Shown here: positions 1 through 12,100 of the stretch, in pieces
Layout of the letters: the number at the start of each line of letters is the position of its first letter
Position numbering within the stretch: the first letter of the stretch is position 1
Assembly: GCA_964035545.1 (NCBI GenBank)
Contig: OZ037766.1
Location: 16,792,722 to 16,856,721, forward strand
DNA length: 64,000 nucleotides
Source of the DNA: Bugula neritina
Lineage: Eukaryota; Animalia; Bryozoa
Reading direction: 5' to 3'
Made by a program: the position numbers and the translations under genes
The notes under the pieces: model-generated
Database searches by the model: none
What the model was told of the DNA's origin: nothing
What the model saw: the letters and a program-made list of their open reading frames with translations, nothing else

Positions 1-117
1 TGAATGGCTCACCACCATAATTGTCTTAGTGACAAGCTTTGTACTTTATACATAATTTGCAATCACTATTGACATGCTTTGGTTATGCATATTGTAACAC
101 TTTATTGTGTTGAACAG

Positions 118-3100
118 ACGATACTAGTACTTTTGGACATACAAGACCTTCAAATGGACCTCCAACAAGGACCCCTCCACCATATAAGCCTCGTATAGAA
201 AGAAACAGTACAACTCCTGCAACTACTGTTGTCAGAACTACTGCTGGTACAGGTAAAAGTGCTGTATATTTTATAGAAACAATTGATATATTGTAAAATT
301 ATGTCCAGTATTTGAGTTCTACATCAATTTTATTTCAGATTGTAAAACCAAGTTGCTAGTGATTTACACACAATCAGCAATAACAACATGAGGCATTTGT
401 ATGTTGTAAGCAATCTAGACTTTAATTATTATTGCTTTACTGTGTAATCAAGTAGGACATTCTTTTAGATGGACTGTCAACCCCTGCATTTACAAAAGCA
501 CCATCTTGTGTTCAGAACGGATGGACAGAGTTTATGAGTGTTAGCACACCAACACAGGTTGGAGAGTTCGAAACTATTAATGGTCTAAGAACTAAATATT
601 CTTTCTGTGAATTCCCTACAGATATTGACTGCCGTGTTAGAAATAACAAGGTAAATATACTAACGTTATTATAAAATCCTAGAAATTAATGTTTTGAATG
701 AAATTAAAATCACATAGAACGGAATTATTCTTGTACAGTTTAAATTTGTTTTGTACTGACTGTAATATTGCTTAAAGTCTAAACCTTTGAATGAATAGTA
801 ACGCCATTTTTCAGATGTGTGCACTTGACGCTATTAAAGCAAGTCTGACAAACTATATTGGTGTAGTATTAAAGCCTGCAGCAATATCTTGGCTGCAGCT
901 CAAGTGCAAGTTTAGAGTTTTGTACTCAATCAATTTGATTTTATAATACATTTTTTTGCATGTGTGTTCAATGAATTTATCAGCTTGGGCAACTTAATTT
1001 TGATTAAGAAAAATTGTTGAAAACATTATGCAAATATAGCGATGTTAATTTGGGCTTTTGCTTGCCCGGGTCACTTATAGTCACCATTTGGGATGCTTTA
1101 TTGAATGTTAGGTTATAGATATGATAGCGTACTCATTGAATAAACCCGAAGAATTTTTATTAGATTATTTGATAGATAGATTATTAGAATAATTGTAATT
1201 GTTATTGTTGGCAAGGTGGTAGTATACTATTAAGTTATGAAAAATAACTATGTTATCAGTATGGATTGAACTTGGAAGAACTAAAATTAAAATGCACTGC
1301 TTTTATTTATATAATACTTGCATTGACTGTCGAAGTGATTAGAAGTAAATACAAAAGTTGCTATGGCAATAGTGAGCCTAGGGCCACACGGTGCGTATTT
1401 TCGCATGTGAAAATTGAAATCACAAGTAGTAAAGGTGTCCATTGTACGCGTTGAGAAAACATTCGCACTTGTCGCTCAGCATTTTCAACGCAAGTGCGAA
1501 TTGTCTCTGTCGTCGTCACCTAATTGGCTGGTAGTTATTCAGCAAGCCCAACTTCTTCATTTTAGTGCCATATTCCAGTAAATTGCGTTTTATTGAAAGC
1601 GAGTGCGATTTAAAAATGAAAGCTTTATTTATCACGCATCACTGACGCTACAGTGGACACCTTTGCTACTTGTGATTTCAATTTTCGCATGCGAAAATAT
1701 GCAAGTGTGGCCCTAGGCTTACTGGTTATTATATAATTAATTTGGATTTAATGCCTCACAGAATTATACTTGTGATTTATTAGTTACAGATTGTTAGCTT
1801 AGTATGTTATTGTATAGCATCACTGAACTAAGAATAAAATGTTGGCTAACTATTCTACCACAAAACACAGAGATAGCTTAAGTTCATGTTAAAATAGTAT
1901 TATTGCCTTAAATTACCACTCATCCTGTTTCCAGCTGAAAATAGGCTATTTTAGTTTTCTGTCACTCAATATTTTAATAGACAGTAGCATTTATTCAGGA
2001 TATTTGTAGCAGGGTAACTTAATATGTGCTCTCAATTAGCAATATGTATAGCCATGTTTTGAGCTTGATAACTCATCCTTGCGATTAATTTACACACTGC
2101 AGCAGCTAAAAATAAGATGCAATGCAAAGTCAAAAACGATTGATATTAATTCCCTAATGCTATGGTCATTGAATTGAACAATAAATTTATCACCAGTGAC
2201 GCTTAAATCGGAATTAATTGAAGATGTGTGCAAAAATGTGTTATAAAGCCAAAGTACATGGGCACAAAATTCTGAAAGTGTATTTGGCTAATAGGTTATT
2301 TCTGCATCTAGCACTGACTTAATATACTCGTATATTACTAGTACACTTTTTGTGCATGCTTTGTAGGTGTCTTTTTATGAAAGTGGACAGAGAGGCGTTA
2401 CCTGCAATCTTAATAAAGGTTTCGTCTGTGAAAATCTTTATCAGTCAATGGGCTTGCCCAGTTGTTTTGATTATGAAGTTCGAGTATATTGTGACTGTGT
2501 GCCCGATACAATTACACATGGTAAGCCAGGCACTGGTGGACGTCCAGAAGATGTCACAACTGATAGACCAAGTATCAATGAGAATCCAGACAAAACCACA
2601 GCTGGAGGACCAGGAACAGGTGGAAACCCAATCGGAGTCTCAACTGGTAGACCAGGTATCAATGAGAATCCAGACAGAACCACAGTTGGAGGACCAGGGG
2701 CAGATGGAAACCCAATCGGAGTCTCAACTGGTAGACCAGGTATCAATGAGAATCCAGACAGAACCACAGCTGGAGGACCAGGAACAGGTGGAAGACCATT
2801 TGGAGTCTCAACTGGTAGACCAGGTATCAATGAGAATCCAGACAGAACCACAGCTGGAGGACCAGGAACAGGTGGAAGACCAGATGAAGTCTCAACTGGT
2901 AGACCAGGTATCAATGAGAATCCAGACAGAACCACAGTTGGAGGACCAGGAACAGGTGGAAGACCAGATGGAGTCTCAACTGGTAGACCAGGTATCAATA
3001 AAAATCCAGACAGAACCACAGCTGGAGGACCAGGAACAGGTGGAAGACCAGATGGAGTCTCAACTGGTAGACCAGGTGTTAATGACAATCCAGACAGAAC

Positions 3101-6100
3101 CACAGCTGGAGGACCAGGAACAGGTGGAAGACCAGATGGAGTCTCAACTGGTAGACCAGGTGTTAATGAAAATCCAGACAAAACCACAGTTGGAGGACCT
3201 GGAACAGGTGGAAGACCAGATGGAGTCTCAACTGGTAGACCAGGTATCAATGAGAATCCAGACAAAACCACAGTTGGAGGACCTGGAACAGGTGGAAACC
3301 CAATCGGAGTCTCAACTGGTAGACCAGGTATCAATGAGAATCCAGACAAAACCACAGCTGGAGGACCAGGAACAGGTGGAAGACCAGATGAAGTCTCAAC
3401 TGGTAGACCAGGTATCAATGAGAATCCAGACAGAACCACAGTTGGAGGACCAGGAACAGGTGGAAGACCAGATGGAGTCTCAACTGGTAGACCAGGTATC
3501 AATAAAAATCCAGACAGAACCACAGCTGGAGGACCAGGAACAGGTGGGAGACCAGATGGAGTCTCAACTGGTAGACCAGGTGTTAATGAGAATCCAGACA
3601 AAACCACAGTTGGAGGACCTGGAACAGGTGGAAGACCAGATGGAGTCTCAACTGGTAGACCAGGTGTTAATGAGAATCCAGACAAAACCACAGCTGGAGG
3701 ACCTGGAACAGGTGGAAGACCATTTGGAGTCTCAACTGGTAGACCAGGTATCAATGAGAATCCAGACAGAACCACAGCTGGAGGACCAGGAACAGGTGGA
3801 AGACCAGATGGAGTCTCAACTGGTAGACCAGGTGTTAATGAGAATCCAAACAAAACCACAGTTGGAGGACCTGGAACAGGTGGAAGACCAGATGGAGTCT
3901 CAACTGGTAGACCAGGTATCAATGAGAATCCAGACAAAACCACAGCTGGAGGACCAGGAACAGGTGGAAGACCAGATGGAGTCTCAACTGGTAGACCAGG
4001 TGTTAATGAGAATCCAGACAGAACCACAGTTGGAGGACCTGGAACAGGTGGAAGACTAGATGGAGTCTCAACTGGTAGACCAGGTGTTAATGAGAATCCA
4101 GACAAAACCACAGTTGGAGGACCAGGAACAGGTGGAAGACCATTTGGAGTCTCAACTGGTAGACCAGGTATCAATGAGAATCCAGACAGAACCACAGCTG
4201 GAGGACCAGGAACAGGTGGAAGACCAGATGGAGTCTCAACTGGTAGACCAGGTGTTAATGAGAATCCAAACAAAACCACAGTTGGAGGACCTGGAACAGG
4301 TGGAAGACCAGATGGAGTCTCAACTGGTAGACCAGGTATCAATGAGAATCCAGACAAAACCACAGTTGGAGGACCAGGAACAGGTGGAAGACCAGATGGA
4401 GTCTCAACTGGTAGACCAGGTATCAATGAGAATCCAGACAAAACCACAGCTGGAGGACCAGGAACAGGTGGAAGACCATTTGGAGTCTCAACTGGTAGAC
4501 CAGGTATCAATGAGAATCCAGACAGAACCACAGCTGGAGGACCAGGAACAGGTGGAGACCCAATCGGAGTCTCAACTGGTAGACCAGGTGTCAATGAGAA
4601 TCCAGACAAAACCACAGCTGGAGGACCTGGAACAGGTGGAAGACCAGATGGAGTCTCAACTGGTAGACCAGGTATCAATGAGAATCCAGATAAAACCACA
4701 GTTGGAGGACCTGGAACAGGTGGAAGACCAGATGGAGTCTCAACTGGTAGACCAGGTATCAATGAGAATCCAGATAAAACCACAGCTGGAGGACCAGGGA
4801 TTATTGATGGCCCTAACCCTGTAACAACTAGAACACCCCCAGTCAACCTCCGTCCAGAAACTACCTGTAAGTATCGTGTTATTTAAATAAATAGTTTTAA
4901 AGGCCTACACGTTTTTTTCAGTCAGTGGATATATGCTTGCATTTATTATTATATTTTTAGCATTTTGTCCTGATGGCATGACATGGGACACTTGTGCTTA
5001 TAAATGCGGAAGCTTATGCCACTCCATACTTAACAGCTACAAAAATAGAGGTTTGATTTTAATTTCAACTTGTTGATATCTTATTTTTTAAGTAATAAAG
5101 CGTTAATTTTTATTCACCTCAATTAATATGCTTGAATTCATCAATGTTGATGTAGTCAAATAGATTTTTCATCAACCTATTCGCTTAGGTACCTTTTCGT
5201 TCTTATTTGCTATGATTCCTAGTTCAACGTACAAATAAGATATATGCAACCAGTCATTTCCTAATGGCTTTTGAACTCTTTTGCAATATACGTTTATAAT
5301 TTATACCTTTTACATTTTACATAAGGTCTGCATATATGTCAGGCCCATATCTTTGGTTTAGCAACATTTTTATTCAATCTTTGTAAATGTGTTTAATTTG
5401 TCATTTTGGTACGTCAAAATCTTTATGTCTTGTATACTCCATCACATTCCTAGTTGGTATGTTCTTATTGATTACGATAATGAGCATACTACACTCTTGA
5501 TACTGTGATTTTCTTTTACAGGATTCTGTGTTGGGAAATCAGTGGATGAATGTGTGCCAGGATGCAAATCTGCTACACAGTGTGAGCCTCCGTATAAGTG
5601 GGCTGGCGAAAACATTTGCACTGAGCCTGTTCGCTGCAACTGTATGATGCCAAACGGAACGGAAGCTGTGGTGAGAAAATGTTATGCTTACAAAAGCTAT
5701 TTAACTTTTCTAATGACCATTTGAACCGGTACTGGAAAATGTGTTTACATGATATAGCAGTAGCTTTTTTATATTTCATGTTTCACATCAACTCAAATAT
5801 TTTGAGTAATATTTACAGATGTCTATATTTAGCAACCAACATTTAGATTTCGGAGTAACCAGATATTGGTCATACATGTCTAGCATTTCCTTTTATTAAA
5901 TTTGAAGTTTTTACTCATTTGCCTACATAAATTTCTACAGTAGCTTTATTTATCTATGTATTAGTTTTACTTTGCAAATATTTATTTAAACTTGCCTCTT
6001 TCTGTCTCTAGCTGTTTTATATTCAAAACTTTAGAAAGAACACCAACAAAAGATTAAAATATTAATTTATAAATGTTTCAACTGTTTTTACATGCTCTTT

Positions 6101-9100
6101 TACTATACTTGTATCTTTTTTGTACATAGCCTCGCCAGAAATGGACGGATCCTTTTGACAGATGCTCAGAGTGTGAATGTTTTAATAACAAAATAGATTG
6201 TAAATCTAACAGTGTTTGCCGATTGGCTGATGATCCTAAAAGCACTCCAAGTACACCTGCTCCAGTGCCATATCCTACTCCACCCAAGCCAAGAGCACCT
6301 CAGAAACTCAGCTACGACCATCCACCTAAACCTTGTCGTGTTTCAGGATATACTCCATGGATGAACACAAGCTCACCTAACTCTTATGGTTAGTAGTTTT
6401 ACTTGTTTTCCCCAAGAGCAGGCGGATCTTTGGAATATAATGCACATTTTATAATAAATATTAAACTGGTGATTTCCTATAATTGTAAATTATTTGTACA
6501 CCAATATTTGTTGCTTTCGGAATTAATATCTCAATTGAAAACAATAATGAAGTAAATATGGAATAGAGGGCCTGTCTGTCATCACGCCAATATCTTACTA
6601 GTTGTTTTATGTATGTTGTCTAAAATTAATTTTTACTATTTTTTTTAAAAAATTCATACTGCTTTGTTGAAAGTTTTTATAAAATTTAGAAAAAAATTCT
6701 GTTGAGAAGCAAGTAACTTGTAGTGGCTAGGCACACCCAACTAATATAAATATGAGTATGCTTTAGGAATAATGCAGTCCTTTTATAGAGTGAGTTCTTA
6801 AAATACTTTTCAAAAATAATTATTTAAGTATCGACAAAGTGTTGTACCAGAAATTTATTTAGTAACAATTTGTGAGCAGATGTTTATGCTAGTTTTAGAG
6901 TAAATTAAAAATATTTCCTTCTTTTGTATACATAAGGCATTCTTTTTTTACTAGTATATCTGAATAATAATAATAGTCAAGTGCATAATAAGCTGTGAAA
7001 TAAAAGTCAACCAGCACCATAGAACAAAAGTATTATTTCAGTTATTGATATTCACTGATAGATCACTAGTAACTAGCTATAAACATCTTTTGCACGCTTA
7101 CTCTAGATACATTGATTACATTTTTTCAGGTGAATTTGAATATATTGCCACTCTGAGAAAGAGTTACAGCTATTGTGCTGATGAGTTTATCAGAGAAGAT
7201 AGCGACATTCAATGTTTGACCTCAGACAATAAAGCACCTCCTCGGGATGTGATCTGTGACCGAAGAATTGGGCTAAAATGTCTCAACTCTGTTTCAAAAG
7301 TTCCATGTGCTGATTATTTAGTGAGATTTTGGTGAGTAATGTCCTGAAATGGTTAGCAAAAACTTATGGTCATTATGGTGGAAGTCATAATAATATTGCT
7401 TATTAGGCAAATAAAAAATGATTATTTCAAACAAGCATTACAACATAGTCAGTTATACCTACTGTATATAATATTGCAGATTCCTAGATATTCAGATTTA
7501 ACCAATGTTGTTAAATGATTTGCAGGTGCAATTGTGGAGATGATATTCCAAGGCCGACCCGTCCAACACTTACATATACATCAAGGAGCATACCTTCAGG
7601 AGTCTCAACTGGAAGACCAGGCATCAATGAGAATCCAGACAGAACCACAGCTGGAGGACCAGGAACAGGTGGAAACCCAATCGGAGTCTCAACTGGTAGA
7701 CCAGGTATCAATGAGAATCCAGACAGAACCACAGCTGGAGGACCAGGAACAGGTGGAAGACCAGATGGAGTCTCAACTGGTAGACCAGGTATCAATGAGA
7801 ATCCAGACAGAACTACAGCTGGAGGACCAGGAACAGGAGGAATACCAGATGGAGTCTCAACTGGTAGACCAGGTGTTAATGAGAATCCAGACAGAACCAC
7901 AGCTGGAGGACCAGGAACAGGTGGAATACCAGATGGAGTCTCAACTGGTAGACCAGGTATCAATGACAATCCAGACAGAACCACAGCTGGAGGACCAGGA
8001 ACAGGTGGAAGACCAGATGGAGTCTCAACTGGTAGACCGGGTGTTAATGAGAATCCAGACAGAACCACAGCTGGAGGACCAGGAACAGGTGGAAGACCAG
8101 ATGGAGTCTCAACTGGTAGACCAGGTGTTAATGAGAATCCAGACAAGACCACAGTTGGAGGACCTGGAACAGGTGGAAGACCATTTGGAGTCTCAACTGG
8201 TAGACCAGGTATCAATAAGAATCCAGACAGAACCACAGCTGGAGGACCAGGAACAGGTGGAAGACCAGATGGAGTGTCAACTGGTAGACCAGGTGTTAAT
8301 GAGAATCCAGACAAAACCACAGTTGGAGGACCTGGAACAGGTGGAGGACCAGATGGAGTCTCAACTGGTAGACCAGGTATCAATGAGAATCCAGACAGAA
8401 CTACAGCTGGAGGACCAGGAACAGGAGGAATACCAGATGGAGTCTCAACTGGTAGACCAGGTATCAATGAGAATCCAGACAGAACTACAGCTGGAGGACC
8501 AGGAACAGGAGGAATACCAGATGGAGTCTCAACTGGTAGACCAGGTGTCAATGAGAATCCAGACAGAACTACAGCTGGAGGACCAGGAACAGGCGGAAGA
8601 CCAGATGGAGTCTCAACTGGTAGACCAGGTGTTAATGAGAATCCAGACAAAACCACAGTTGGAGGACCAGGAACAGGTGGAAGACCAGATGGAGTCTCAA
8701 CTGGTAGACCAGGTGTTAATGAGAATCCAGACAGAACCACAGTTGGAGGACCTGGAACAGGTGGAAGACCAGATGGAGTTTCAACTGGTAGACCAGGTGT
8801 TAATGAGAATCCAGACAGAACCACAGTTGGAGGACCTGGAACAGGTGGAAGACCAGATGGAGTCTCAACTGGTAGACCAGGTGTTAATGAGAATCCAGAC
8901 AAAACCACAGTTGGAGGACCTGGAACAGGTGGAAGACCATTTGGAGTCTCAACTGGTAGACCAGGTATCAATGAGAATCCAGACAGAACCACAGCTGGAG
9001 GACCAGGAACAGGTGGAAGACCAGATGGAGTCTCAACTGGTAGACCAGGTGTTAATGAGAATCCAGACAGAACCACAGCTGGAGGACCAGGAACAGGTGG

Positions 9101-12100
9101 AAGACCAGATGGAGTCTCAACTGGTAGACCAGGTGTTAATGAGAATCCAGACAAGACCACAGTTGGAGGACCTGGAACAGGTGGAAGACCATTTGGAGTC
9201 TCAACTCGTAGACCAGGTGTTAATGAGAATCCAGACAAAACCACAGCTGGAGGACCTGGAACAGGTGGAAGACCAGACGAAGTCTCAACTGGTAGACCAG
9301 GTATCAATGAGAATCCAGACAGAACCACAGCTGGAGGACCAGGAACAGGCGGAAGACCAGATGGAGTCTCAACTGGAAGACCAGGTATCAATGAGAATCC
9401 AGACAGAACCACAGCTGGAGGACCAGGAACAGGTGGAAGACCAGATGGAGTCTCAACTGGTAGACCAGGTATCAATGAGAATCCAGACAAAACCACAGTT
9501 GGAGGACCAGGAACAGGCGGAAGACCAGATGGAGTCTCAACTGGAAGACCAGGTATCAATGAGAATCCAGACAGAACCACAGCTGGAGGACCAGGAACAG
9601 GTGGAAGACCAGATGGAGTCTCAACTGGTAGACCAGGTATCAATGAGAATCCAGACAAAACCACAGTTGGAGGACCTGGAACAGGTGGAAGACCATTTGG
9701 AGTCTCAACTGGTAGACCAGGTATCAATGAGAATCCAGACAAAACTACAGCTGGCGGGCCAAACACTAACTTCCCTTCAACTCTTCATCCTTATTGTAAT
9801 GTATGGTCCAATTTTTTCAATGACGATACTCCGTTATCCGGTACACCTGGAATCGATGATGGGGATTATGAATTAATTGATAGAATTAAGTTGACCCATA
9901 ATTATTGTAATACACCAGGAGCTTTTGTTGAAGATGTTTATTGCCAAAATATTTATGGCAACGATTTAGGCAGCGTTAATCAAAATAATGTGGTCTGTGA
10001 CTCTACCACTGGACTCGTTTGTAAGAATGCTGATCAGTCTGTGCCTGGTGTTGATATTCCAATTCCATGTGACGATTTTGAAATTAAGTTGTTTTGCCGA
10101 TGTATTGCTTTCGATGATACCCGCACAACTACCCCCACTCCGGAACCAACGCCTAAACCTCCAAAAACAACAACACCAATGAAAGGTATTAATATTGATC
10201 TTTTATTTCTAACTTTTCTATCCCATTGCAACTCTATCTGCATGTTGACCATTGTTTATTTTGCACTATGACTTTTTTGTAAAAAAGTAATCTTATACAC
10301 TTTTTCTTAGAAACAACAGCGAAAGTGTGCAATGATGAGATTGGTGTCCAATACGGTGGTGCAATTGATGATTCTCAAATCACCTCCTCAAGTGTTCATC
10401 ATGACAACTTAATGACATTTGGCCCTCATCGGGGTAGATTGAATCTTCCTTTTAATGATAAAGCAGATCATTGGTCTCCCCTTGTAAGCCAGAAGGGTGA
10501 ATGGATTCAGGTGAACATTTTTAGGTGTTTTTACCTCATGTGAAATATAGCATTAGATTTTAAGTAACTCCAACAATTTAACATCTTTTTCAATTTATAT
10601 GAAAACCAAATGTGTGAAATTGTTTGTTTATCTTGCACATACAGCAAATTTCTCGCATATGCCAACTCTTGATATATGCTCTGTTTTTATTGGAACTGTA
10701 GTTAGTTCAATTTTTAAATTGGCCATCCTATCGTAATCTAAAATTTTGACCTGCAGCACTAGTCTAGCATGCTTTTTGAAAGGATAAAATCATCCTTCAA
10801 ATTTTGGTAGATTACAGAATAATATAATTTAATAGCTTGGGATTCACTGACTTTTTTAGTAGAAAAATACTCCCCAGAAATAAACACTGATGATATTGGA
10901 TGGTGAAACCACACTATCAATGCAATTGTTTTAGTCTATTTTAAAATATATTTTACTCCTAAAAAGACTACGTGAATTATAATCTATGGGTTTCAGAGTT
11001 TTGATGGTATGCTAACTTGAAGATAAAACAACCTCTTCTCAAGTGTTTTATAAGCATTAAAGACCCTGAAATCAAGTCAAAATTGTTTTGGAAAGTATAT
11101 CATGCTAAATAAAAATATCTGCAGCAGTTTGTTGCAGCAGGTTTTATAGGCACATGCGAATTCAGTTTTCTCGCCAAGAATTTCATGGATGTAATGAACT
11201 GGTTTTTAATTTTATATTTTGTTGATCGCTTTCACATGTTTGCATCTGTTAGGTTGATTTGAAAGCAGTCACTCAAGTAACTGGTGTGATCACACAAGGC
11301 AGTTTAGCATCACACACATTTGTGACATCATACAAAGTACAATACTCAAGCACAGGATCTTCTTTTTATACCATTAAAGAGAATGGAGCTGATAAGGTTA
11401 GTAGTTGTTGAGAATTTTACACATTACGCATTCCAAAACTGCCAATGTTACTTTATGATTATTACTTTATAACATGTTAGATAAAACAAAGACTGTGTCA
11501 AAGCTAATCACATATGACTGTAGTAGTAAATCATTCTTTAACAGTGAATTTTTGGTTAATGCAAAAAAATGATTGCCAATTCTAATCAAACCAATACCAA
11601 ATTTCTTAGCTTACAAATGTCTTTTGAAATTTATATATGCAGATATTTGCCGGAAATAATGATGGCGATACCCCAAGAAGAAGGATGTTTTCAACACCAG
11701 TTCAGGCGCAATATATTAGAATATTGCCTCAGACCTGGAAAGGGTTAATGTCACTTCGTTTTGAGCTTATTGGTTGTGCGCCACCTACTGCTATTACCAC
11801 ACCGACTGTTGCAATGCCAGATGGAGTCTCAACTGGAAGACCAGGTATCAATGAGAATCCAGACAGAACCACAGCTGGAGGACCAGGAACAGGTGGAAGA
11901 CCAGATGGAGTCTCAACTGGTAGACCAGGTATCAATGAGAATCCAGACAAAACCACAGCTGGAGGACCAGGAACAGGTGGAAGACCAGATGGAGTCTCAA
12001 CTGGTAGACCAGGTATCAATGAGAATCCAGACAGAACCACAGTTGGAGGACCAGGAACAGGTGGAAGACCATTTGGAGTCTCAACTGGTAGACCAGGTAT

